Positions 16,848-26,119 of a stretch of DNA of 35,310 bases are shown piece by piece (position 1 is the first letter of the stretch; every line of letters begins with the position of its first letter). Source of the stretch: a virus. Its lineage: Duplodnaviria > Caudoviricetes. Made by a program: the position numbers and the translations under genes. The stretch is from IMG/VR virus record IMGVR_UViG_3300048550_000320, positions 1 through 35,310 of that record. The stretch is one strand, 5' to 3'. The notes under the pieces were generated by a model. That model worked only from the letters and a program-made list of their open reading frames with translations. It did not search any database and was not told the origin of the DNA.

Positions 16848-19800
16848 ATGGCTTTTTTAGAGGACCTACAAAACACAACCACTGCAACTACTGATACAGT
16901 TTCCGAAGATAATGAAGTAGGAACATTTCAATCTATTATGGCAGGAATAGGTTCTGGTTTATTTAAAATACCAGAAGGTTTATTTTCTTTAGGCGCAACA
17001 CTTATTGATCTAGGTGCTGATACTAATAAGGCTGCTGAAGTAGAAGAATACTTTGCAAAAATAAATCCATTTGATGAAATGGCAGAAGCAACAACTGCTG
17101 GTAAAATTACAGAACTTGTAACTAATTTAGCTATACCTGGTGGGGTTGCTTTTAAATTAGCAAACACTGCAGTTAAAGCTTCTAAAGGTGGTAACTATTT
17201 AAATATGACAGGTAATGCTGGAAAAAATATAAATAATGGAATTAAAAAAACTTTAAATAAAAAAAATAAAATAAAAGCATTTGATGAGTCTGCTTCTAGA
17301 ATAGAAAAGGCATCAGCTTTTGCAGCAGGGGCCGGAGCGGGTGGAGTTGCTGAAGGTATCTTTGTTGGAGATGTACAAGATGCTGGAACTTTTGGAGATT
17401 TAATTGGTGGTCCTACAGCATTAGAAAGAGAATTAGAGGGAGATGTTTATGATCCTGCTAAAGAAATATTAAATAGAATTAAATTTGGAACTGAAGGAGC
17501 TTTATTTACTGGAGCTTTAGGTGGTGCAGGTGCTGTAATTAAAAAATTAAGAAATACAACTAATGCAGGTAAGGCAGCAGATAGAAGTTTTTTAGAATAC
17601 ATTGCTAAAAATTTAAGACCAAGAGGTGAATTAACAGAAGCTGCTTTCCCAATAACAAAAAAAATAGAAGGTGCTGCAGCTGGAGATATTAATGCCGCTG
17701 AAACAATTGTTCAAGATTTAGATGGTTTAATCAGTGGATTGTTTCCATATTTTAAAAGACTTAAAGGTGACAAAGTTGTAGACGCAGAACGTAAAAAAAT
17801 ATTAGCAAAGATGAATCGGTTAATTACATCTGGAGAAAGTAAACTTAAAAAACCTACTAAATTTCAAGGCGAAACTGTCGAGCAATTTCAATTAAGATTA
17901 GATGAATATCAAAATATTAAACCTGATATTACTACAAAATATTTAGATCAATTAACTTTTAAAGGTAACCAAGCATTTAAAAAAAGATACCAACAAATAG
18001 AAAATACAGAAATAAATAAAATATTAAAAGACCAAGGTATTAAACTAGATGAAAAATTTTCTAAAAAAATTGGTCAAATAGATACTTATAGTTTACCTAA
18101 AGTTCAAGGAGAAGCTGTTAGAAATGCTAAAAAAATAGTTAGAGAAAGATTTGAAAAAAATCCTCCTATAAACAAATCTACTTTTGTTGATGAATTAAAA
18201 AATAGTAAAACAAAAGAAGGTAAGCCTGATATTAAAAAATTAAATCTATTAGAAGAAGAATTAACTAATGTAAGTCTAGGTTCAATGAACAAACAATTAG
18301 TTAAAGAATTTAAAGATGACATTTTAAAACTTCAACCTAAAGGTATTTTAAAAAATAAAAAAACTAAAGAAGTATTAGAAAAAGATATTGAAGAAATGTT
18401 AATTAATATGAACTTAATGAGAACAAAATTTAGTTCGTTATTTGGAATTATTGGTAAAAGATTAGATACAGATGGTGTTAGAAATTTTAAAGAACTTTTT
18501 GAAAAAAAAGTAAGTACTTGGTTAGATAGAAGCTATGATATATTTAAAGGAAGAAATAGTCGTTTATTAGATAATTATAAAATTAGTGCTGAAGCAATGG
18601 CAAAAGGTAAAATAGGATTACAAAAATTATATCAACTTGCTAATGGAGGAAAAGAAGTTACTTTAAAAAATGGTGAAACAATTGTTGAAGGTGGAAAAAA
18701 ATTAACCGATTCACAGTTAGAACAAAATATTAAATCAATAATTAATCCTAAAAATATTAGTTTTGACAGAGGTTTTAATTTAGCAAACAAAGGAGATCCT
18801 TCTTTTAAAGTTCCTGATTTTTTTGTAGGACAATCTTCTGCTGATGAAGTTTTTGATTTAAATACTCCAGTTCGTTTGTCTGAATTAACTGGTATTCAAA
18901 AACAAGTAATGGAAGATTTAATGGGTAAAAATAAAGACGCTCTTCAAACAATTATTGAAGCTACTCAATCATTATCAACTTTTGCTAGAGGCAATCAATT
19001 AAAAGATGAATTATTAAAAACAGATCAATTTTTAAAAAGTGCTGGGAAAACTGGTATTTTTGCAAACAGTCCTCAAGAAGCAATACAACAATTTTCTAAA
19101 CCAGGACAAACTTTAACCCAAGGGCTTGATTATGGTCAAGTAGGTCAAGGAGTTAAAAGAACAGAAAGAGGATTGCAAGGTACCGAAACTATGAGAGGAC
19201 CTAGAGCGGACCCTTTACAAACTTTACGACCTATAGGAGATGAAGCTCAACCTTACTTTAAAGGAAAACCTTCTCCAATTATTGATCCGATTGCGGAAAA
19301 ATATACTCTTCAAGGTAATATAGATGGTATATTTAAACCTCTTGATGAAATGGCTAACAGTAAAAGTTTAAGATCTAGTTTATATAGTAATTTAATTTTA
19401 TACCCTAAAGCTACATCACAAATGGCTAAAACAATTTTATCACCATTTACTCACGCACGTAACTTTATTAGTGCAGGAGCTTTTGCAGCAGCCAATGGTA
19501 TGATTCCCTTCGCAGACAAGGAAGCGGTTCGAAGAGCTTTTAATGCTTTACAAACACCTTTAATAGGAACGAGAAAAAGAATTGATGCTGGTACTAATAT
19601 TAAAAGACTAGCCAATGAAACGGATAAAGAATTTAAATTAAGAAAAGCAAACTATTTAGAAGGTAATGAGTTTTATCAAAAACTTTTAAAGCTAGGTGTT
19701 GTTAACTCTCAAGTTCAAATAGGAGATTTATCTAATCTTTTAAGAGATGTTAAGTTTGGTGGACTTACGGGTAGAGTTGCTGAAGGACTAGATAATTATG

Positions 19801-21563
19801 GTTTAAATAGAATACTTAAAGTTCTAGGTAAAGCTAAAAAATATTCTGAAGATTTTTATACTGCCGAAGATGATTTTTGGAAAATCTTTTCTTTTATAGG
19901 AGAAGGTAATAGATTAAGAAGTTCCTATAGATCTGCAGGTTTAAGTGGAGCTCAAGAGTTTCACGATTTAGCAGGAGCCAGAAGAATTAAAGATTTAATT
20001 GATGATGGAATGTCGAGAAAAGATGCTGAAGCGTTGGTACCTAAAGTTAGACTTGATGAAGATTTTTTAGATAACGAAGCAGCAAGTATTGTTAGAAATA
20101 ATATTCCTAACTATGCTTATGTTGGAAATGCTGTTAAAGGTTTAAGAAAATTACCAGTAGGTAACTTTGTATCTTTTCCTGCAGAAATAATTAGAACAGG
20201 TGTTAACATAGTTGAAAGAGCATTAGATGAAATTTTTTATACTACAAGAATTAATGGTATATTAGTTAATCCTTTAAGAACAGTTGGATTAAGAAGATTA
20301 TCTGGTATGGCTTTTACTTCGACAGCAGTTCCTGCAGGAGTTGTAGCTGGCTTCTCTGCGTTATATGATGTGACTGAAGAAGAAAGAATGGCACTTAAAA
20401 ACTATGTAGCCGACTGGTCTAAAAATTCTACACTAGTTCCTATTCGTGATATGAAAACAGGTAAATTAAAAGTAATAGATTTTAGTCACAGTAATGCTTA
20501 TGATACTTTAAGTAGACCTATTCAAACAATTTTAAATAAAGTGGCTGCAGGTGAAGGAGATAAAGATGGTATGCTTGATGATTTTTATGCAGGAATGATT
20601 GAGGCTACTAAAGAACTAGGTATGCCTTTTGTTACAGAATCTATTTGGACTGAAGCTTTAGCTGATATTTATATGAGAGGTGGAGAAACAAGAGAGGGTT
20701 TTGATGTATGGGAATCAAAAGATAAATTAGGAACTAAATTTCAAAAAGGTCTTTATCATTTAATGATGTCTCAAGCACCACTTAATTGGAAACAATTAGA
20801 AAGATTAAACTTATCTATTAAACCTATAGATGATTTAGGAAGACTAGATGAAAGAGGTAAACAATATGAATTGGGCAATGAAGCTTTGGGCATAGTAGGA
20901 TTTAGAGCGCAAGAGATAGATCCTAATAAATCTATTAAATATAAAATAGCTCAATACAACAGAGATGCTAGAGAATCAAAATCTTTATTTACACAAGAAG
21001 TTTTAAAAGGTGGTATAACTACTCCTAAACAAATTATAGATGCATATATAAATGCTAACCGTGCATTATTTGAAACAGAAAAAGTTTTATACAAAGATAT
21101 TGAAGATGCTATAACTTTAAATGCTAATGAAACAGAATTAGCACAATCTTTAATAAAAGGGGTTGGTAAAAAAACTTATGGAAAAGTTTCTAATGGAATA
21201 TTTACTCCAGTTAATATTTCTAAAAATGTTATTAAAGGTTTTCAACAAATAACAGATGAAATAAGAGAAGTAGACCCTACTTTTAAAAATCCTTTATATG
21301 ATTCTTTTGGAACTATTGCTAACATAAGAGGACAATTATTTAATGTGGGATTAGAAGAAGATGAATTTCTACCAGAAATAGATAATCCATTTGATACTCC
21401 CCCTATACCAGATGTTATACAAGGAGTGCTGGGACAATTACCTCCAGTAGTTTCAGGAGCAACTCCTTCAGTAGTAAATGCTAATGCTAGATTTGGTAGT
21501 ATACCTACAATTGTAGGTGAGACAGAACTAGAGGAATTTAACAAAGTATTTCCCAACGGATAA
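16848..21563 (+). CDS. Large internal virion/DNA ejection protein (1571 aa)
   Basis: Size and position; Gly/Ala hydrophobic N-terminal segments; C-terminal NNIPNY...LRKLPVGNFVSFPAEIIRT region typical of large podovirus ejection proteins. Confidence 0.6.
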   Translation: MAFLEDLQNTTTATTDTVSEDNEVGTFQSIMAGIGSGLFKIPEGLFSLGATLIDLGADTNKAAEVEEYFAKINPFDEMAEATTAGKITELVTNLAIPGGVAFKLANTAVKASKGGNYLNMTGNAGKNINNGIKKTLNKKNKIKAFDESASRIEKASAFAAGAGAGGVAEGIFVGDVQDAGTFGDLIGGPTALERELEGDVYDPAKEILNRIKFGTEGALFTGALGGAGAVIKKLRNTTNAGKAADRSFLEYIAKNLRPRGELTEAAFPITKKIEGAAAGDINAAETIVQDLDGLISGLFPYFKRLKGDKVVDAERKKILAKMNRLITSGESKLKKPTKFQGETVEQFQLRLDEYQNIKPDITTKYLDQLTFKGNQAFKKRYQQIENTEINKILKDQGIKLDEKFSKKIGQIDTYSLPKVQGEAVRNAKKIVRERFEKNPPINKSTFVDELKNSKTKEGKPDIKKLNLLEEELTNVSLGSMNKQLVKEFKDDILKLQPKGILKNKKTKEVLEKDIEEMLINMNLMRTKFSSLFGIIGKRLDTDGVRNFKELFEKKVSTWLDRSYDIFKGRNSRLLDNYKISAEAMAKGKIGLQKLYQLANGGKEVTLKNGETIVEGGKKLTDSQLEQNIKSIINPKNISFDRGFNLANKGDPSFKVPDFFVGQSSADEVFDLNTPVRLSELTGIQKQVMEDLMGKNKDALQTIIEATQSLSTFARGNQLKDELLKTDQFLKSAGKTGIFANSPQEAIQQFSKPGQTLTQGLDYGQVGQGVKRTERGLQGTETMRGPRADPLQTLRPIGDEAQPYFKGKPSPIIDPIAEKYTLQGNIDGIFKPLDEMANSKSLRSSLYSNLILYPKATSQMAKTILSPFTHARNFISAGAFAAANGMIPFADKEAVRRAFNALQTPLIGTRKRIDAGTNIKRLANETDKEFKLRKANYLEGNEFYQKLLKLGVVNSQVQIGDLSNLLRDVKFGGLTGRVAEGLDNYGLNRILKVLGKAKKYSEDFYTAEDDFWKIFSFIGEGNRLRSSYRSAGLSGAQEFHDLAGARRIKDLIDDGMSRKDAEALVPKVRLDEDFLDNEAASIVRNNIPNYAYVGNAVKGLRKLPVGNFVSFPAEIIRTGVNIVERALDEIFYTTRINGILVNPLRTVGLRRLSGMAFTSTAVPAGVVAGFSALYDVTEEERMALKNYVADWSKNSTLVPIRDMKTGKLKVIDFSHSNAYDTLSRPIQTILNKVAAGEGDKDGMLDDFYAGMIEATKELGMPFVTESIWTEALADIYMRGGETREGFDVWESKDKLGTKFQKGLYHLMMSQAPLNWKQLERLNLSIKPIDDLGRLDERGKQYELGNEALGIVGFRAQEIDPNKSIKYKIAQYNRDARESKSLFTQEVLKGGITTPKQIIDAYINANRALFETEKVLYKDIEDAITLNANETELAQSLIKGVGKKTYGKVSNGIFTPVNISKNVIKGFQQITDEIREVDPTFKNPLYDSFGTIANIRGQLFNVGLEEDEFLPEIDNPFDTPPIPDVIQGVLGQLPPVVSGATPSVVNANARFGSIPTIVGETELEEFNKVFPNG

Positions 21564-21566
21564 TCA

Positions 21567-21761
21567 ATGGCACTAGAACCCAAAACAACCAGAGAACATA
21601 TTTTATCTTTATATGGACACATTTCAGGTGTTAAGAAAAATTTAAAACACGTACACGAGGATGTAGAAAAATTGGGCGGTAAGATAGATAAAGTCTATTG
21701 GGTTCTTTTAGCAGCAGCGGGAACTGCTGCACTCTTCGCCATAGAAAAAATCATTAACTAG
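21567..21761 (+). CDS. Holin-like/XhlA-like small membrane protein
   Basis: Coiled coil plus C-terminal TM segment (VYWVLLAAAGTAALFAI), immediately upstream of the endolysin. Confidence 0.45.
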   Translation: MALEPKTTREHILSLYGHISGVKKNLKHVHEDVEKLGGKIDKVYWVLLAAAGTAALFAIEKIIN

Positions 21762-21771
21762 GAGAAAAATT

Positions 21772-22257
21772 ATGCAGTTGAGTAAGCACTTTACTTTAAA
21801 AGAGATGACTAAAAGTATGACAGCCACACGTAAGGGTATAGACAATACACCAGGGGCTGGTGAAATTAAAAATTTAGGAGACTTATGTTATGAAGTTCTT
21901 GAACCACTACGGGCCCATTTTGACAAGCCAGTTACAATCACCAGCGGATACCGGAGCGAGGCGTTGTGTGAAGCAATCGGCAGCAAAAAGACGTCACAAC
22001 ATGCGAAAGGCCAGGCGGTCGACCTAGAAATATTTTCTGTTCCCAACATTAAGGTAGCCTACTGGCTACAAAATAACGTTGACTTTGATCAATTGATCAT
22101 GGAATTTTTTGATCCCGAAGATCCTGCAGGGGGATGGATACATATTAGTTATCATGAATCTGGTGCAAACAGAAAACAAGTATTGACCTTTGACGGTAAA
22201 AAATATAGTGAAGGCTTACCCGATATGAAATGGGAAGGCGGCAAAGTCGTAGGTTAA
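21772..22257 (+). CDS. Peptidase M15A (Zn peptidase), probable endolysin
   Basis: LSKHFTLKEM, SGYRS, SQHAKGQAVD, DQLI.E and WIHISY motifs; AGGAG RBS. Confidence 0.85.
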   Translation: MQLSKHFTLKEMTKSMTATRKGIDNTPGAGEIKNLGDLCYEVLEPLRAHFDKPVTITSGYRSEALCEAIGSKKTSQHAKGQAVDLEIFSVPNIKVAYWLQNNVDFDQLIMEFFDPEDPAGGWIHISYHESGANRKQVLTFDGKKYSEGLPDMKWEGGKVVG

Positions 22258-22261
22258 TTTT

Positions 22262-22639
22262 ATGAAAAATAGTTTGTTAGTGCATCAGCACTTAATTATT
22301 CGTGCTGAAGCTATCAAACCACCAGTCGATGAAGAACAATTAACAGAGTGGATGAGAGACTTTGTTGAGTTTATAAATATGAAAATATTTATGGGTCCTT
22401 ATGTTAAGTATTGTTCAATGCCTGGTAACAGAGGTATTACTGCTGTTGCAATTATTGAGACTTCACACATAGCTATGCACGTTTGGGATGAGCCATCACC
22501 TGCATTGATGCAGTTTGATGTCTATTCGTGTGCCAACTTTGATGTAGAAAAGATTTGTGAAAAAATTAAAAAAGATTTTAATATACAAAAGATTGAATAT
22601 AAATTCTTGAATCGCGAAACGGGATTACAAGATATTTAA
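22262..22639 (+). CDS. speD: Pyruvoyl-dependent decarboxylase proenzyme, AdoMetDC/SpeD family (possibly Arg/Orn decarboxylase)
   Basis: HQHLII...GITAVAIIETSHIAMHVWDE...QFDVYSC matches the class 1 SpeD fold motifs. Confidence 0.8.
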   Translation: MKNSLLVHQHLIIRAEAIKPPVDEEQLTEWMRDFVEFINMKIFMGPYVKYCSMPGNRGITAVAIIETSHIAMHVWDEPSPALMQFDVYSCANFDVEKICEKIKKDFNIQKIEYKFLNRETGLQDI

Positions 22640-22830
22640 TTACAAATACATCCAAAGAAAAAACGACCGTCTTTTAATACATATCTATTTATTTCTTGAT
22701 CATACAATGTAAGTTTTTGTCTTACAATATTACATAGATCAAAACAATCCGTCCAAGTTTCACCTGCAATTAATTGCGGAGTTATATTAACTAATTGATA
22801 CATTCCTTCATGTAAAAGTATTAAATCCAA
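22636..22830 (-). CDS. Hypothetical Cys-containing protein
   Basis: Overlaps SNF2 stop; GAGGA RBS on minus strand; convergent stop overlap with speD. Confidence 0.6.
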   Translation of the reverse strand: MDLILLHEGMYQLVNITPQLIAGETWTDCFDLCNIVRQKLTLYDQEINRYVLKDGRFFFGCICN

Positions 22831-24254
22831 TCTCTTAATTCCTCACCCATTACTTGAGTTGCTATATTTATTTTTTTTCTTAATGCTTTACGTATTTTTT
22901 CATCTACAGTTTTTGGTGCAATAAGATCAACATATGTTACAGATTTTTTCTGTCCTATTCTATGAGCTCTATCTTCTGATTGCAATCTTTTTTCTAAATC
23001 ATAACCATTAGAATAATAGATAACATTATTAGCAGCTGTTAAAGTAATACCGTAACCACCGGTTTGTGGATTACCTATAAAGAATCGCACAGGAGAATTT
23101 GGATCTTGAAATTTTTTAATGTTCTCTTGTCTTTTTTCAGAATCCACTGCTCCATAATATTGAACAATAGAGTCTTCTCCATACTCATCACTGATGGTAT
23201 TAACAATTTGTTTGATATCATAAACATAGTTAGCCCAGATAATAACTTTACCTTCTACTTCATCAAGTACTTCTAGTAGTGCTTTTATTCTATTACTTTT
23301 TACTTCCGTAATACTACCATCATCATTCTTTAAATGACCACAAGTTATCTGATGCAAACGCATCAATTGTGTCAATACGTGAGGCGCGGTTGCCATCTTA
23401 CCTTTTAGAGAAGCGAGGGCCGCGGATTTCATTGTAGCATAAGCTTTAGTTTGTTCTTCGGTCAACTCTACTTGTCTCTCTATGTATGTCTTTGGAGGTA
23501 AATCTAAACAATCTTCTTTTAAAACTCTATCCGAAAACTTTTTTAATATTTCCGATAACTCATCAAGTCTTTGATAACCTGTGGGTATTTGTACTCTACG
23601 TCCTCCAAAATTTCTATCTACCATAACTGCATATCTATTTCTAAAAGAATAAAAAGAACCAAATCCCAATAACTCTTCATCAAGAAAACCACATTGTGTA
23701 TATAGATCTAATGGACTTTTTGTCACAGGAGAACCTGTAAGTATTCTCCTATATTTAGCATGCTTACCTAGACTACAAATAGACTTTGTTCTTTTTGCAG
23801 TAGGTGTTTTAATAGTTGTAGACTCATCAACTGCCATTAAAGTTTTGTGACAGTTCATAAATTTTGCGGCAAACTCAAGGCCTTTTTTTGTCGAAAATGC
23901 TTCTACATTCATTACAAGGATGTGAAGGTCATAATCAGATTTAAACAATTGTTGGTACTCTTTATCCTTTGTTTTAGATGTAGCCGCAGTCCATAATACT
24001 GTTTTATGATCTATATGACTAGCTAAATGAATAGGAATTTCTTGTGAGTACCAGTTTCGGTATACACCTTTTGGTGCTATAATTAACGCCCCGTTTATTT
24101 TACCTTTGTCATACAACATTGCCATATTGTCGACTAATACTTTTGATTTACCTGTACCCATCTCCATAAAGTATGCGTACTCTTTTTTATCCCACGATTT
24201 TTCCAATGCACTTAATTGATGAGCATAGGGTTTAGTTTTAAATTTATATTTCAT
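22821..24254 (-). CDS. SNF2-family (SF2) helicase
   Basis: EMGTGKS, VDES, LTGSP, GGYGITL and QSEDRAHRIGQ motifs; start reassigned to ATG 24254 (MKYKFKTKPY). Confidence 0.9.
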   Translation of the reverse strand: MKYKFKTKPYAHQLSALEKSWDKKEYAYFMEMGTGKSKVLVDNMAMLYDKGKINGALIIAPKGVYRNWYSQEIPIHLASHIDHKTVLWTAATSKTKDKEYQQLFKSDYDLHILVMNVEAFSTKKGLEFAAKFMNCHKTLMAVDESTTIKTPTAKRTKSICSLGKHAKYRRILTGSPVTKSPLDLYTQCGFLDEELLGFGSFYSFRNRYAVMVDRNFGGRRVQIPTGYQRLDELSEILKKFSDRVLKEDCLDLPPKTYIERQVELTEEQTKAYATMKSAALASLKGKMATAPHVLTQLMRLHQITCGHLKNDDGSITEVKSNRIKALLEVLDEVEGKVIIWANYVYDIKQIVNTISDEYGEDSIVQYYGAVDSEKRQENIKKFQDPNSPVRFFIGNPQTGGYGITLTAANNVIYYSNGYDLEKRLQSEDRAHRIGQKKSVTYVDLIAPKTVDEKIRKALRKKINIATQVMGEELRDWI

Positions 24255-24274
24255 AATTTTTTTCTTCTTTCTAG

Positions 24275-24311
24275 TTGACAAGTATATAAAGCCTATGGTA
24301 AAGGTTGTCAA
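24275..24311. promoter_or_regulatory. Overlapping divergent sigma70-like promoters
   Basis: TTGACAA at 24275-24281 (+) and its inverse TTGTCAA at 24305-24311 (-), between divergent genes; the -10 boxes are imperfect. Confidence 0.55.
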
Positions 24312-24321
24312 GAAATAAGAA

Positions 24322-24720
24322 ATGAAAAATAAAATATTTGAGTTGTATAAGCCAGATTCTTTAGCAAGCTTTTTAGAATTTTATAAAAGCAATCCTAAAG
24401 AAAAATTTGTTTATGTAATTCAACAACCACCACCTAATATAAATATATTAAGTGCATCCGATTATGGATACCTTGTAATATGTTTGCCTAATAGAGATCA
24501 GGCAATATTTTCTACCGCACCTTATGTGCAGAAGATGAGAAAAAATTTACAAGACTTTCGTAAAGAAGATTATTTACTTGCTGTAGGGGATCCTGTAATT
24601 ATAGGTATCTCAACTTGGTTAGTAGGTGAAACTACAAACGGACAATTTAATATGTTGAAATGGGATAAACGTGAATATAGATACTATCCATTAGAAGTGG
24701 ACGGCTATCAGAAAGGATAA
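24322..24720 (+). CDS. Hypothetical protein, first gene of replication operon
   Basis: Long ORF with normal codon usage; alpha/beta pattern DYLLAVGDP...LKWDK. Confidence 0.7.
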   Translation: MKNKIFELYKPDSLASFLEFYKSNPKEKFVYVIQQPPPNINILSASDYGYLVICLPNRDQAIFSTAPYVQKMRKNLQDFRKEDYLLAVGDPVIIGISTWLVGETTNGQFNMLKWDKREYRYYPLEVDGYQKG

Positions 24721-24723
24721 GTT

Positions 24724-25284
24724 ATGAGTGAAGTAAGAAGTATGATGTTAGAAGATTCTAAAGATCTTTTAGACAATGTAGAGGTTACAACTGTTGCAGA
24801 AGAATGTGTAAAGTTGAAAAAAAAAGAAGATGAAATAGCAGCACTAGAGGAGCAACTCAAAAGTAAAAAACTAGAGGCTGATGATATCAGTTCTCGAGTA
24901 ATACCAGAGTTGTTAGCGGAACAAGGACTCTCTGAAATAAAATTATCAGATGGTTCTAAAGTAGCTGTTAAAAAAGAATTTAGATGCACTCTTCCTAAAG
25001 ATGAGGATAAAAGAGCGCAATGCTATAAATGGCTTCGTGATCAAGGGTTGGGGGACATTATTAAAAACAATGTCTTTGTAACTTTTGGTAAGGGAGAAGA
25101 TAACAAGGCGGAGCAATTGCTCAACCTTGCGGCGGAAAATGGTTTTCAACCACAACAGAAATCTGATGTGGCTTGGATGACATTGACTGCCCTATTTAGG
25201 GAGCGTATCGAGTCCGGGCTCGATATGCCTTCCGATGTTTTTAGTACTTGGATTAAAGACAAAACTAAAATTACCCGGAAATAA
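24724..25284 (+). CDS. Conserved phage replication-module protein (coiled-coil N-terminus)
   Basis: AAGGA RBS; IPELLAEQGLSEIKLSDGSKV...WLRDQGLGDIIKN pattern. Confidence 0.65.
   Translation: MSEVRSMMLEDSKDLLDNVEVTTVAEECVKLKKKEDEIAALEEQLKSKKLEADDISSRVIPELLAEQGLSEIKLSDGSKVAVKKEFRCTLPKDEDKRAQCYKWLRDQGLGDIIKNNVFVTFGKGEDNKAEQLLNLAAENGFQPQQKSDVAWMTLTALFRERIESGLDMPSDVFSTWIKDKTKITRK
25203..25279 (+). promoter_or_regulatory. Candidate structured mRNA element (two hairpins plus loop pseudoknot) upstream of putative SSB
   Basis: Stem 25203-25212/25219-25228; loop UCCGGG complementary to CCCGGA 25274-25279; second stem 25237-25245/25252-25260. Confidence 0.5.
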
Positions 25285-25301
25285 CTAATGGAGAATGTAT
25301 A

Positions 25302-26072
25302 ATGGCTAATGAAATAAAAGCTAAACAAGACACATCACTTGCTTTATTTGGCGATGATGTATCCAAAGGTTTTGAAAACATGACGCAAGAAGATATGGCG
25401 TTACCGTTTGTCAGAATCTTGGGACAACTATCACCACAAGTAACAGAAGGCGATGCAAAGTATATAGATGGTGCCAAACCAGGCATGGTCTACAATACTG
25501 TTACCAGCGAGTTATATGATGGTAAAAAAGGTATCAAGGTTATTCCTTGCTATTACAAAAAAGATTATCCAGAATGGTCGGATAGAGGGGATGGACCAGG
25601 TGCTCCGGTTGCAGTTCACCTTCCGAACAGTCCGGTAATCTCAACAGGTAAGAGAGATGGCTCAAAGATTAGATTACCAAATGGTAATTATTTAGAAGAG
25701 ACAGCATCTTACTATGTAATGATTGAGACAAAAACTGGAGGTTTTACTCCGGCTTTGATTACTATGAAATCAACTCAATTAAATGTCAGTAAAAAATGGA
25801 ATTCTATGATGAAAACCATACAAATTGCTGATGGTAATGGTGGATTTGCTATCCCACCTATGCACGGAGTTGTGTATAATCTAGCGTCTGTACTACAAAA
25901 GAACGATAAAGGTTCATGGTATGGATGGTCGGTTACACAAGACAGAATTTTAGGTCAACCAGACAAAGCTTTGTACTTAAGTGCAAAAGATTTTGCCGGT
26001 AATGTATCTAAAGGGACCGTTCAAACAAAAGCTGATGTAGAAGAGAAAGTACAGGATTCAACTCCTTACTAA
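25302..26072 (+). CDS. Putative single-stranded DNA-binding protein
   Basis: GGAG RBS; position upstream of primase; aromatic-rich beta core (NDKGSWYGW); acidic tail ending in an aromatic residue (EEKVQDSTPY). Confidence 0.5.
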   Translation: MANEIKAKQDTSLALFGDDVSKGFENMTQEDMALPFVRILGQLSPQVTEGDAKYIDGAKPGMVYNTVTSELYDGKKGIKVIPCYYKKDYPEWSDRGDGPGAPVAVHLPNSPVISTGKRDGSKIRLPNGNYLEETASYYVMIETKTGGFTPALITMKSTQLNVSKKWNSMMKTIQIADGNGGFAIPPMHGVVYNLASVLQKNDKGSWYGWSVTQDRILGQPDKALYLSAKDFAGNVSKGTVQTKADVEEKVQDSTPY

Positions 26073-26080
26073 ATAAAAAT

Positions 26081-26104
26081 AAGGGGGAAGACAACTTCCC
26101 CTTT
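26081..26104 (+). terminator. Intrinsic terminator-like hairpin after putative SSB
   Basis: AAGGGGGAAG-ACAA-CTTCCCCTTT; short U-tract suggests partial read-through. Confidence 0.65.
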
Positions 26105-26119
26105 ACAAAGAAATGAGAA

